The notes under the pieces: model-generated
Database searches by the model: none
Seen by the model: the letters and a program-made list of their open reading frames with translations, nothing else
What the model was told of the DNA's origin: nothing
DNA from: Octopus sinensis
Taxonomy: Eukaryota
Length of the DNA stretch: 43,689 bases
Assembly (NCBI RefSeq): GCF_006345805.1
Contig: NW_021834996.1
Span: forward strand, 1 to 43,689
Direction of reading: 5' to 3'
Part shown: piece by piece, positions 1 to 12,329 of the stretch
Layout of the letters: every line of letters starts with the position of its first letter
How positions within the stretch are numbered: the stretch's first letter is position 1
Translations under genes and position numbers: made by a program

Positions 1-410
1 TGTGTGGTGTGTGTATGAGAGAGTATTAGTGCGTAAGATTGGTCCGGGACGTGCGTATGTATGGGGTTGGTGTATTTATTAGTAATGTTTAGTAGTATAT
101 AGTACTATTGGTATGTATAGGTGTGTGTGTGTGTGTGTGAGAGAGAGTATAAGTGCGTATGCGGGGTCTGACGTGTATGTATAGGGTTGGTGTAAGTATT
201 AGTATGTACTGATATGTATTAGTACGTCTTAGTATGTATTAGTTGGTGTGTGTATTAGTATGGCACATCATATGTGATGTGATGTGTAAAGTCATGTGGT
301 GTAGTGAGGAGAAGAGGGGGAGGGGGAGAAGAGGGGGGGAAGGCGAGGGGGAGAAGGGGGAAGAGGAGAGGATGGGGGAGAAGGAAGGAGAGGAGGGGGA
401 TGAAGCAAAA
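1..410. repeat. G/T-rich cryptic simple sequence with an imperfect ~120-bp internal duplication, followed by a polypurine (GA-rich) tract
   Basis: gagagagtattagtgcgta...ggggttggtgta (~15-75) recurs as gagagagtataagtgcgta...agggttggtgta (~140-195); purine tract ~305-410. Confidence 0.7.
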
Positions 411-504
411 GTTACAAAATGAGTCAAAGGTAGTGAGTATCTTACATGGCACGCATGAAACGCTCAGCCATTGATTTCGTTCTGAAATTGCTTCTGCTCA
501 CACA

Positions 505-688
505 CATACACACACACATACATACATACACACACGCACACACATGTATATATGCATTCATACATACATATACATATTTATATATACATATATATATATA
601 TATAAATACGTGTATGCGTATGTGTGCATACATATATGTATGTATGTATATGTATGTATGTATGTCATATGTATATTATATGTATATG

Positions 689-748
<60 letters not shown>

Positions 749-755
749 ATCTATA

Positions 756-786
<31 letters not shown>

Positions 787-792
787 ATATAT
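505..792. repeat. compound (CA)/(TA)/(TATG) microsatellite
   Basis: direct reading. Confidence 0.95.
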
Positions 793-1149
793 GGCCTCTA
801 TCATACACATCTTCAGGGACAGATTCACTCCGCTTTGTATATGGCTGCCGCCCCAATGACAAGTTCGTATTAAATATCTTCTTGGCTTATTATTTCAATT
901 AGATCCGATACATTTCTGTCGCCACATAACCCAGTAACAGTCTCTCTCAGTTGTAATCAAATGAAGATGATGTATTGATTGTTTGTCTTTATATTTCATA
1001 CATTTTATGCATTATATTGTCGTGAAAGGGAAAGCAAGCTTTTGTTTATTGCCAAACACTGCAAGAGCGTAGTGTTTTTTTTTTCAAAGTTCAATGAACT
1101 TGAAGACAAATGGTGTCTTTTTATTTCATCTGTCAGCATAGTTGCATGA

Positions 1150-1275
1150 CATGTATATTATATTCATACATGCACATATACATTTACATACATATATATG
1201 TATGGTACACACACACACACACATATATATATACATGCATATACATATATATATACATACACATATAACATACAA

Positions 1276-1306
<31 letters not shown>

Positions 1307-1383
1307 CATACATACATTACATGTATATCTATATATATGTATTACAATATACACACATACATACACATACATACATATTATAC

Positions 1384-1456
<73 letters not shown>

Positions 1457-1480
1457 TTCACTCTCGTATATATATATAAT
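1150..1480. repeat. compound (TA)/(CA)/(GA) microsatellite
   Basis: direct reading. Confidence 0.95.
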
Positions 1481-1483
1481 ATA

Positions 1484-1595
1484 CTCCTTCACTACCGTTC
1501 TCACTTCCTCGTCTCTGGACTATAATCTCTTCGGCCCCATGAAAGAGAGTTTGACAGGCAAACATTATTCCAGTGACGAGGAAGTGAAACCTGTT
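1484..1595 (+). mobile_element. mariner transposase C-terminal fragment
   Basis: translates as DYNLFGPMKESLTGKHYSSDEEVK, matching the mariner (A)PSDYHLF...L.G..F.S.EEVK block. Confidence 0.7.
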
Positions 1596-1604
1596 GTTTA
1601 TATA

Positions 1605-1637
<33 letters not shown>

Positions 1638-1984
1638 AACATACTTAAAGTTTTGGACTTATTTGACCTGCAAATAGGTCAATTTTACTGCGCTTTGCCG
1701 CCAAGAAACAACAAGTGCAAAAACACCATCGGTCACTTTAGGGTGTCTACTGTGGACCGATGAATACATTTCCAGATATTAAACTATTATCAAACTATTA
1801 CCAAATAAGACAACTCGATATAATTTTAGATATCATAACTTCCTTAGAGAAAATCAGTAGAAACTACTGACTGACTATGAGCGACGCTGCCAGGCTTGAA
1901 CAAAATATATTGTTGGAATACAAAAGCAGAGTTGTGAGTTAAACTTTTGGATTAGCGCAAGTACGTTTGGGATCTGTAAAAAAT

Positions 1985-2350
1985 TACCATCGTCGCCATC
2001 ATCGCCAGCATCACCAGCAACATCATCATCGCAATCATCATCGCCACCATCATTACCACCACCATCGCCGCCACTATCACCTACGTCATCGCCGCCATTA
2101 TCGCCGTCGCCATCACCACCACCACCGCCATCATCGCTGCCATCATCACCGCCAAAATCACCGCCATCATCGCCGTCGCCATTACCGCCATCATCGCCGC
2201 CACCATAACCATCATCACCGCCACCAACGCCGTCGCCATCATCGCCACCATTGCCGCCACCATCGCCGCCACCATCGCCGCCATCATCACACCCACCATC
2301 GCCGCCATCATCGCCGCCACCACCATCCTCACCACTACAACTGTCGCCGC
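1985..2350. repeat. cryptic trinucleotide tract (CAC/CAT/CGC)
   Basis: phase-conserved CAY/CGC triplets; source of the His/Arg-rich ORF. Confidence 0.9.
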
Positions 2351-2445
2351 CGTTCAGTTATCTCGTCAGTATCGCCTTCCTCGGTGCTCATCGCTCATTA
2401 AAGATGACAAATGAAAAATTAAACAATTAGCTGCCGCGTGTTTCT

Positions 2446-2860
2446 TATTTCTTTACTGCGCACAAGGGGCTAAACACAGAGGGGACAAACAAGGACAGAC
2501 AAGCGGATTTGGTCGATTATATCGACCCCAGTGCGTAACTGCTACTTATTTAATCGACCCCGAAAGGATGAAAGGCAAAGTCGACCTCGGCGGAACTTGA
2601 ACTCAGAACGTAACGGCAGACTAAATACCTATTTCTTTACTACCCACAAGAGGCTAAACACAGAGAGGACTAACAAGGACAGACAAACGGATTAAGTCGA
2701 TTACATCGACCCCAGTGCGTAACTGGTACTTAATTTATCGACCCCGAAAGGATGAAAGGCAAAGTCGATCTCGTGGAATTTGAACTCAGAACGTAACGGC
2801 AGACGAAATACGGCTACGCATTTCGCCCGGTGTGCTAACGTTTCTGCCCGCTCGCCGCCT
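2446..2860 (-). mobile_element. SINE family B (tRNA-like head plus gcctttcatcctttcggggtcgataaa central domain); full copy 2860-2630 followed by a headless tandem copy 2629-2446
   Basis: reverse complement matches the + copy at 6387-6619; body duplicated in tandem. Confidence 0.9.
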
Positions 2861-2958
2861 TTTGTCTCTGTTCCTTGTTTTTCATCCGGTGATGAGGCTC
2901 CAGCAGTTCAGGTGTTTTAGAGGAGATTTTCCGCAGTCAAATGACTGAAACAAGTATA

Positions 2959-3011
<53 letters not shown>

Positions 3012-3204
3012 ATGTTATTTATTTAGGAGTAAAACATTATCTGAGAGAAATTTTCTTAAAGTGGTGGAAATGGCTAAAAAACTTTTTGGCTGCTATTTCT
3101 AGAAAGTTTAGTATGTGGCAAAGTAATTTATTTTACTAAGCCCTAATTATATAATATAATATTTTGAATTCGCCTTAACTAATTAATTTTACCCTCAATT
3201 GTTG

Positions 3205-3253
<49 letters not shown>

Positions 3254-3639
3254 TGTATGTATGTATGTGTGTGTCTGCTTGTCTGCATATATGTGTGTAT
3301 ATGTACGTATGTATGAATAAATACATGTGCATCTTTGTGTGTGTATGTAATTGTGTACATATCTATCTATCTATCTACCTATCTACCTATATAAAGGATT
3401 ATCTTCCTTTTTCTTAATTATATTTCTGTTTATGTTTATACTTAAAAATTTCTAAATGAGCTGATGTCATGAATAATGGCTCCTTCATCTTTTATCATTG
3501 TATGTGAGTGCCCCACAACCTCTTTTTTGTTTACTTGCGATACACTTAGGTTCTTTTCAAAATTCTGCGGCATTCCTAAACTAAAAATGTAACTAAAAGT
3601 ATAGGGAAAAATTATATTCAGGTTACGCTGCAGCACTTC

Positions 3640-3770
3640 TAGCATCGATCGCTAGCTCCAAATTTTTTTGTATTTTCTTTCTGTTTATTTCCTTATGTTC
3701 TTTTCTGTTGAAGAGCGTTGGCTCGAAACGTAAAAAACACTTTCTCACCCTCCCAAGCGCTAAACCATAC
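3640..3770 (+). mobile_element. Penelope-type terminal repeat (pLTR) copy 1 with a minimal hammerhead-like motif at 3701-3736
   Basis: gatcgctagc, pyrimidine tract, then TTTT-CTGTTGA-A-GAGC-gttg-GCTC-GAAA-CGTA-AAAA; homologous to copies near 16420, 26000 and 26290. Confidence 0.7.
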
Positions 3771-4188
3771 ATATATATATATAAAAATATTAAACTCAAC
3801 TTGTGTGTCTGTGTGTGTATCTGTGTGTGTGTCTGTGTGTCTAACTTCCCGGCACATCTCCTCCTAGCCAACAAATCGTCGAACCACCAAAAATGGGTCA
3901 CTTAAAGTTTAGGCGAATGAAAATTGAACTGCGCTATTTCTGTTCCGAAATTCTGTTCCGAAATTCATCTCGCAAGTGCAAAAATTGATAATGCGTTTGT
4001 TTAGGCCTTATCCCATGCATTGAAGAGTGAACTTTACTCAGTCAACTGTTTGACGTGAACTGTGTTCACCACGCGTAAATTGCATGAAAAATAAAAAAAA
4101 ATCAAGATATAAAAGCGAATCGCCGTAAACATTGTAGAAATTCGGCAAAGCAATGAATTTTCGGGATGTAGACTGGAGGGCTTTTTCG

Positions 4189-4228
<40 letters not shown>

Positions 4229-4253
4229 TCATCATATATATGTATGTTTTATG

Positions 4254-4299
<46 letters not shown>

Positions 4300-4308
<9 letters not shown>

Positions 4309-4575
4309 AGAGTATGATAGAAGAAGGCTAACTCTTCCTTCCGTAGAAGAAAAAATTCAAATCGGACCATGTTAACACCCCAAATTATTTACATCAAAAA
4401 GGTGCCTTTTTTCTATGAAAATCCCTATTTTTTACGATGTTTTGACTGCTGTGTCGCCATTTTTCGGTGTATTTCACTTAAAGGGAATAACAAGCTACAT
4501 ACTGCCAAATTTTGAATTTTCAAAAATTCCAATTCTAAAAGGTCTAAACAAACCGCAACGCGGGAGATACTGCTA

Positions 4576-4576
<1 letters not shown>
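4300..4576 (+). mobile_element. probable non-autonomous Helitron (3' end)
   Basis: ccgc-aac-gcgg hairpin 4553-4563, then CTAG at 4573-4576 followed by T; 5' limit uncertain. Confidence 0.45.

Positions 4577-4661
<85 letters not shown>
4577..4661. repeat. (TA)n microsatellite
   Basis: uninterrupted TA run. Confidence 0.98.
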
Positions 4662-4663
<2 letters not shown>

Positions 4664-4689
4664 CTATACGTAAGAAACACGGTCACTTT

Positions 4690-5000
4690 CAGAGTGATTG
4701 TTAGGTAAATAACAAATAACAGAAGAGTGTGAGTCTGTAATGATGATGGTGTGGGTTCTAGGAAGTGGTCAGTGCTAGTGTGTGCGGGATGGTGTAAAGT
4801 GGTGTGGAGGTGTGTGGTGTAGTGTGGCATGATGTGGTGTTGTGGTGTGTGGTGTTGTGTGACGGTGTTGAGGTCTGGGGATATAAGGGTGGGGTGTTGG
4901 TTTGGGTGAGGATGTGGGTGTAGGTGTGGGAGTGCAATGTATATGTATGCATTTCTATTAAGTAGTAGTAGTAGTTGTAGTAGTAGTAGAAGTAGTAGTG
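4690..5000. repeat. strand-asymmetric GT-rich cryptic repeat ending in (TAG)n
   Basis: gtggt/gtgtg-rich on the + strand. Confidence 0.7.
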
Positions 5001-5110
5001 CATGCCATGTCTCATACTGGTGTCTAAGAAAAGCATTAAGATCACGTATTTAAAAGAGGCACGTGTGAGTGTTGTTTGATACGTACTTCACTTTGGCATC
5101 GCCTGTCCTG

Positions 5111-6050
5111 GAACAGCAGCAACTGATCTGCATTTCGTCCGGATATCTACGAATTTCCGCGACTGTTTACCATTAACTACTATACGAATCTTTATGGAAT
5201 AAATTAGAGGATACGTTCTAAAAAAGACACACATAAGTGGGACAGGAAAAAATTCAGGAAACGGAGAAGAATGGAAAGAAACGAAAAAGAAAGAAAGAAA
5301 GAAGACAAATTCGATGCCGACTGGATATTAAACGGGACCATAACGGGAGGTAACGAACTTAGTAGCCAACTTCCTCCGGTTATTTACCATTATCTACCAC
5401 AACATCTGGCCTCCAGTTCACCTGGCTGCCTATCTGTGTCCATAGTAACAAATAACCTATATTTCATCCGCATCCTACCGTTATCTACCACAGCATCCGG
5501 CCTCTATTTCGCCACGCTTTCTTTCTATGTCTATAGCAACAAGTGGTCTGTATTTTATCCGGCTGTTTATCGTTATATACCACAACACCCGGCCTCCATT
5601 TCGCCTAGCTTTCTTTCTACGTTTATAGTAACAAGTGCCTATATTTTATCCGGCAGTCTGCTGTTATCTACCACAACATCCGGCATCAATTTCGTTTGGC
5701 TGGCTATCCGTGTCAATAGCAACAAGTGGCCTATATTTTGTCTGTCTGTCTACCGTTATCTACCACAACATCCGACCTCACATTCGCCTGGTTGGCTATT
5801 TTGTCTGTCTACCGTTATCTACCACAACATCTGGCCTCACTTTCGTCTGGCTGGGTATCTGTGTCTAGAACAGCAACCAATCTGCATTTGGTCTGGTTAT
5901 CTACGAATGTCCGCGACTGTTTACCATTAACTACTATACGAATCTTTATAGAATAAATTAGAGGATATGTTCTAAAAAAGACAGACATAAGTTGGACAGG
6001 AAAAAATCAGGAAACAGAGAAGAATGGAAAGAAACGAAAAAAGAAAGAAA
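5111..6050. repeat. ~91-92-bp minisatellite (5380-5870) bracketed by ~185-bp direct repeats (5111-5295 and 5868-6050)
   Basis: motif accgttatctaccacaacatccggcct at 5386, 5477, 5569, 5660, 5752 and 5811; flanks share gactgtttaccattaactactatacgaatcttta...aatggaaagaaacgaaaaa. Confidence 0.9.
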
Positions 6051-6200
6051 GCAAGAAAGAACTATAATAAGATTGATAGATACGTAATCAGATAGACAGA
6101 TACTTACACAACCAGACAGAGAGAGAGAAAGAGAGAGAGAGGCACAGACAAACTGACAAACAGACGATAGCTAGATAAATAGATAGTTAGATAGATACAT

Positions 6201-6872
6201 AGGTGCAGGAGTGGCTGTGTGGTAAGTAGCTTGCTAACCAACCACATGGTTCCGGGTTCAGTCCCACTGCGTGGCATCTTGGGCAAGTGTCTTCTGCTAT
6301 AGCCCCGGGCCGACCAATGCCTTGTGAGTGGATTTGGTAGACGGAAACTGAAAGAAGCCTGTCGTATATATGTATATATATATATAAGGCGGCGAGCTGG
6401 CAGAACCGTTAGCATGCCGGGCGAAATGCGTAGCCGTATTTCGTCTGCCGTTACGTTCTGAGTTCAAATTCCGCCGAGGTCTTTACCTTTCATTCATCCT
6501 TTCGGGGTCGATAAATTAAGTACCAGTTACGCACTGGGGTCGATGTAATCGACTTAATCCGTTTGTCTGTCCTTGTTTGTTCCCTCTATGTTTAGCCCTT
6601 TGTGGGTAGTAAAGAAATATATATATATATAAGTGTGTGTGTATATGTTTGTTTCTGTGTTTGTCCCCCTAGCATTGCTTGACAACCGATGCTGGTGTGT
6701 TTACGTCCCTGTCACTTAGTGGTTCGGCAAAAGAGACCGATAGAATAAGTACTGGGCTTACAAAGAAAATGAAAATTGAACTGCGCTAAGTCCCGGGGTC
6801 TATTTGCTCGACTAAAGGCGGTGCTCCAGCATGGCCGCAGTCAAATAACTGAAACCAGTAAAAGAGTAAAGA
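6201..6872 (+). mobile_element. SINE family A, full length (tRNA-like head, ttgggcaagtgtcttct domain, internal microsatellite, 3' module), containing a nested SINE B
   Basis: A-box-like tggctgtgtgg and B-box-like gggttcagtccc; 3' module ends ggccgcagtcaaataactgaaaccagtaaaagag; homologues at 10276, 30571 and 35049. Confidence 0.9.
6387..6619 (+). mobile_element. SINE family B, full copy inserted in the (TA)n linker of SINE A
   Basis: ggcggcgagctggcag...gagttcaaattcc...gggtagtaaagaaata. Confidence 0.9.
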
Positions 6873-6873
6873 G

Positions 6874-6941
<68 letters not shown>

Positions 6942-6945
6942 GTAG
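6873..6945. repeat. (GATA)n
   Basis: direct reading. Confidence 0.95.
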
Positions 6946-7243
6946 ATATAAAAAAAATCAGGAAGGAAAGATGGTGAGAACAAGGAGAGACGCAACACTA
7001 AGAATGAAGGCAATAAATAAATAAATGAAGAAAGGAGAACGACGAAAGAAATCGGTCAGGCCAAAATGGGCGTAAAAGTATACCATGGATAGTTTCAACG
7101 TAGAAATTTTACATAACCAGTTCACACATACACACACACACATTCGAATACACTCACACGTGCACATATACGTACACCTACAGGCACACACACACACTGA
7201 GACATACACATACACACACACACACACACTGGTACACACACAC

Positions 7244-7302
7244 ATTAAAGGCGGTGCTCCAGCATGGCCACAGTCAAATGACTGAAACAAGTAAGAGAGT
7301 AA
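7244..7302 (+). mobile_element. SINE A 3' terminal fragment
   Basis: aaaggcggtgctccagcatggccacagtcaaatgactgaaacaagtaagagag. Confidence 0.85.
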
Positions 7303-7329
7303 GTGTTAATGGTTACGTTCCTTTATCAT

Positions 7330-7406
7330 TATGCTATACTCACATACACAGACACACACACACACATTTATGTGTGTGTGTGTGTGTGTGCATATATGTA
7401 TGTGTG

Positions 7407-7462
<56 letters not shown>

Positions 7463-7642
7463 TATGTATGTATGTATGCGTGTATATATACGTATACGCA
7501 TGTATTTATGTATATGCATAATTTGCACATGTTTATATATGTGTGTGTATATACGAGTGCGTGTGCTTGAATACAGACACTTTGCGCGAAATATTTATAT
7601 TCAAAGTATCTCCTCTCTCTCTTTCTGCATATATATATATAG

Positions 7643-7693
<51 letters not shown>

Positions 7694-7727
7694 TGTGTGT
7701 GTGTGTGTGTGTGTGTGTGCATATATG

Positions 7728-7787
<60 letters not shown>

Positions 7788-7795
7788 CATATATG

Positions 7796-7837
<42 letters not shown>

Positions 7838-7858
7838 GTGTGTGTGTGTGCATATATG

Positions 7859-7906
<48 letters not shown>

Positions 7907-7914
7907 CATATATG

Positions 7915-8000
<86 letters not shown>

Positions 8001-8152
8001 TATATGATTTAAAAACAGATAAAATGAAAGAGTATACAGCGTCGTTTAGGTTATAAACAAGTGAAGATGTCGAAAAATACCTCACACACATACGGGCGCG
8101 CACACACACAAACATAGACACATAAATACATACATATAGATACATACATACG

Positions 8153-8184
<32 letters not shown>

Positions 8185-8257
8185 CATATATATATATATA
8201 TACATATACATACATATACATATACATACATATATATATACATATATATATATATAT

Positions 8258-8309
<52 letters not shown>

Positions 8310-8531
8310 TATATATAATATATATATATACAGACACATGCATGCATACCCTCAAGCACGCGCATATACTCACACTCTCATACACAAATACACAGATATA
8401 GAATCCTGTCCCTAAACGTAGAAGCACACATGCACACGAATATATACATACATACATATATATACACAAACAAACAAATAAAAAAATGAGTGGAAATCGA
8501 CAAAAAATAAGGGTGTGGGGGGGCGTGGGTG

Positions 8532-8569
<38 letters not shown>

Positions 8570-8570
8570 T
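7330..8570. repeat. compound (TG)/(TA)/(CATA) microsatellite field with a higher-order unit
   Basis: gcatatatgtatgtg spacer at 7390, 7719, 7787, 7850 and 7906. Confidence 0.9.
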
Positions 8571-8879
8571 TGGAATTTAAGGCACAGCTTAGAAATATTA
8601 GGAAGCGAGACACGACGAAAACGGTAAAATTATGTAAAATGATCGCTTTGTGGTTGCCATAAAAATAAAACAAGAACAAGAACAAGAGTAACAACAACAA
8701 CAACAACAACACACACACATGCACACACACACACACTCACGCATACACCTACACACTCACACTAACATAAACACATACACAGATACATACCCCGTACCAC
8801 GGGAAGTACAGAAAAATAGTGTAATGTTTTCTCGACCATCCTCTTTCTCCTCTTCGTTTTTCCTTTTTGTTGTTGATGA

Positions 8880-8882
8880 TGT

Positions 8883-8932
<50 letters not shown>

Positions 8933-9195
8933 CAACGCGCATATTAGTAATCCTCCGCGACCCACTCTGCCTGTACTTTCAATGTACTGGACACGATAAC
9001 GATGACGTCGACGGTGGCGGCGGCGGCGGCGCCCACCATCACCTCCACTAACACCGCCGTCATCAAAAACCACCACCACCACCACCACAATCACTACCTG
9101 TCAGCACCAACACCACCACCACCACCACCACAGCCACCATCACCGTCAGAACCACCAGCATCATCAGCTCCGCCGCCGCCACTACCACCACTACT
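8880..9195. repeat. (CTA)n and (CAC)-rich trinucleotide repeats
   Basis: direct reading. Confidence 0.9.
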
Positions 9196-9431
9196 CTTTG
9201 ATAGACTGTGACACGAAACGCGAAGACCCTGGTCTTCTTGTACTCCATCTTAAGAGAGTAAAAACATGGCGTTATATGATATATCTGATATAATCTAGAA
9301 ATCGATACTTTTACGTCACAGTACTCACCCAATGTACTCTAAGACCTGCTAGAAATAGTCGACCAAATCTACCTCAAACCGCTTCCTTATTAACGTGTTT
9401 AAAATAAATTCAGGTTGTCATTGGGCAATTG

Positions 9432-9555
9432 ACGGCGCGTGGTCTAGTGTTTAGAAATGTTTACCTCACGATCACAAGATCGCAGATTCAATTCCCGATC
9501 GCAGCAGCGCGTTATGTCCTTGATCAAGGTACTTCATTTCCTTTCACTCCATTCA
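9432..9555 (+). mobile_element. SINE family D, degenerate head
   Basis: ggcgcgtggtctagtg...ttcaattccc...tgtccttgatcaagg; homologous to the - copy at ~35640-35787. Confidence 0.7.
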
Positions 9556-9579
9556 AACATTGATTACTTCCTACAGATC

Positions 9580-9800
9580 TTCAATCCTTATGGAGCATAG
9601 AACATCCACGACTTTCCTCCAATCTTGTCGGCTCTGGCTTGTCTTTTCTGATTCTCTACAGTTGGATCCTTGCTTTTGCAGCTTTGCCCCCAGGTATCCC
9701 GCCTCCTCCAGTATACCCACTCTTCCGCCTCCCTTGTGTATCCCAGTCATGACCTGACGGGTAATTCAGAACCCTGGATCTTCCCTTCGTATTTTTCTGC
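9580..9800 (-). mobile_element. RTE-type LINE 3' end, degenerate
   Basis: minus translation HDWDTQGRRKSG resembles the W.PQGRRKRGRP block; ends ctatgctcc...gattgaag. Confidence 0.5.
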
Positions 9801-10275
9801 CTGTCCTCTCCCAGAGTTAGTTTTGAATTGTCACCGATTATGGCCAAAACAAATCCATTCTTATATCCGAGAAGAGCTGGTCTATATTAGTTTGTTCTCT
9901 GTCCTTTGACCTATCCAGTGTGGGAGGTCCGCTGGCATAGCTGTCAGGTTCATTGAGGCATATAAGTCACCATACGGCAACAAAAAGTGGACCTTACGGT
10001 GGGTTGTTTGTTTCATTCTACACTATAGTAAATCAGTACCACCCAGATGCGGCTCTCTGTCCTGTTTCACTGGATCAAGAGCGGAAGTTCGAAGAGGGTG
10101 TCTAAATTAACTACATAGTAACCCAAAAGTAGTTCGCGAAAGTATGGTTCATGTCATAAAGCACACATTCGCTTGCAGTTCACCACTGGCTTTACTTTCT
10201 TTGATTGCCACTGGTCAATGGAAAGTCACTGATATATTAAATGGTTATGTTTCAAACACGCTTGATGAAATATCT

Positions 10276-10458
10276 GCGCAGGTGTGGGTGTGTGGTAAGA
10301 ACTTTGCTTCCCAACTACATTGTTCCAGGTTCAGTCCCACTGCCTGACGCCTTTTGCAAATGTCTTCTACTATAGCCTCAGGCCGACTAAAGCCTTTTGA
10401 GTGGATTTAGCAGGCGGAAACTGCAAGGAGTTTGTCGTGTATATATATATATATATAT
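10276..10458 (+). mobile_element. SINE A 5' half (interrupted by the CR1 LINE)
   Basis: homologous to 6201-6385 and ends in (TA)n. Confidence 0.85.
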
Positions 10459-12237
10459 GCGAGGGAACACAGGGTCACTGTCTCCATTGTTGGCCCTCTA
10501 ATTGATGAAAATGACACTCTCCAAGATAATGCCAAATCCATGGCCGAGATATTGCAGAAACAATACTGCTCTGTTTTCAGCAATCCTGATATGGCCGATC
10601 TGGGCTATATCAGTGATGTCAACCCCCAACACACTATATCGGACATAACGTTTGGTGCCCCTGATGTCTTAGCGGCGATAAACGAAATAAAACACAATTC
10701 AGCAGTAGGCCCCGATAGCTTCCCTGCTTGTGTCCTGAAGGTGTGTCGACACCAACTTGCATCTCCCCTTGCTAATCTGTGGATAAACTCACTGGATGCT
10801 GGCTATATTCCAAAAAACTTTCTGTCCCAGTCTGTTGTCCCAGTTTTCAAAAAGGGAAACAAGTCCCTTGCAGTGAACTACCGTCCGATCTCGCTCACCT
10901 CTCATATCATCAAGGTATTTGAGAGGGTGGTAAGATTTCGAATAACCCAATTTCTGGAAAGCAACAGACGGCTGATCTCTAACCAACATGGATTCCGTAA
11001 TGGAAGGGACTACCTAACGCAGCTCCTGCATCACTTTGATTACATTTTGAGAGCTTTGGGAGAGGGCTCCAACACCGATGTCATCTACCTTGATTTCAGC
11101 AAGGCCTTCGACAGGGTTGATCACAAGATCCTATTGAAAAAACTATCCAACATTGGTGTCTCTGGAAAGTTACTGAAATGGATCAAGTGTTTCCTGACAG
11201 ACAGATCTCAACATGTTGTAGTTGAAGGGGTAAAATCATGCCCAGCCAAAGTCAGTAGTGGCGTTCCGCAAGGCACTGCTGGGCCCACTTCTTTTCATCA
11301 TCTACATTAATGACATTAATGACATCATCAAGCACAGCAACATAAAAATCTTTGCAGATGATTCCAAGCTCCAGAAGGTCATAAATGAGGCGAGTGACCG
11401 GACACGCCTTCAGTCAGATCTACTGGCTGTTATCCAATGGGCAGAAAAAACAATATGCTGCTGAACGAGGATAAATTTGAGTTAATCCACTTTGGAAAAG
11501 AGGATGCCCTGAAACTCCCATACTCCCTTCCTTCTGGTGAAACTCTAGTGGCATCCAACAACATCAGAGACTTGGGAGTAATTCTAGACAACAACATAAG
11601 CTGGGCCACTCATATAAACACCAAAGTTGACATGGCCCGCAGAATGTGTTCCTGGATTCTCAGAACTTTCCAGTCGAGAGATATCCACACCATTATCCTT
11701 CTCTTCTCCACTTTTGCCCGACCCCACCTTGAATACTGTTGTCCACTGTGGTCTCCCCACACAAAACAAAGTATCATAAAAGTTGAAGCACCTCAAAGGG
11801 CAATCACAAAAAAGATAGATGGCATGACAGGCCTCGACTATTGGGGTCGACTAGAAAAGCTAAAACTTTATTCTCTCCAACGTCGCCGTGAGCGCTACAT
11901 CATCTGCATAATGTGGAAAATATTCCATCAGCATTGCCCAAATGATGTTGGCATCACCTTTAAGGTACATCCAAGGCTTGGGCCCCGTGCCATCCGCCCA
12001 AAACAAAAATCGCACTCTCATCTCATAACAACAATACGACACAATTATTTCACCTCAATTGGCCCCGCTCTCTTTAACATTACACCAAAACACATTAAAA
12101 CAGAAACAGACCCTATAGGGTTCAAGAAGTCTTTGGACAGATTCCTTCAAGAAATCCTGGATAAACCCCCTACACCCGGATATGTCTCTGTAAACAATAA
12201 CTCTCTATTTGAGTGGGCCATAGTGCCCAAATTCTGA
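10459..12237 (+). pseudogene. non-LTR reverse transcriptase ORF2 remnant with two frameshifts (~11283 and ~11455)
   Basis: NYRPISLTS, QHGFRNGR, YLDFSKAFDRV, SGVPQG, IFADD, RPHLEYCCPLWSP and LYSLQRRRER across ORFs 10432-11310, 11258-11464 and 11437-12237. Confidence 0.95.
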
Positions 12238-12329
12238 CTTGAAAGACTTCACCAGGTGGTGCTATTAAGTTAGACACGGCCTGGGCCAATAATGGCCGAA
12301 ACCTATCAAAGTATCAAAGTATCAAAGTA
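10459..12329 (+). mobile_element. 5'-truncated CR1-type LINE with a (TATCAAAG)x3 tail
   Basis: RT ORF pieces, a short 3' UTR, and an 8-bp tandem tail at 12304-12327. Confidence 0.92.

Noticed and set aside
1967-2401. His/Arg-rich ORF as a metal-binding protein
   Set aside because: Cryptic trinucleotide tract like those at 9000 and 15125; no ATG start and no complex sequence.
5271-5930. 219-aa ORF as a repeat protein
   Set aside because: The unit length of 91-92 bp is not a multiple of three, so the peptide cycles between frames (YRYLPQH vs LSTT); chance openness.
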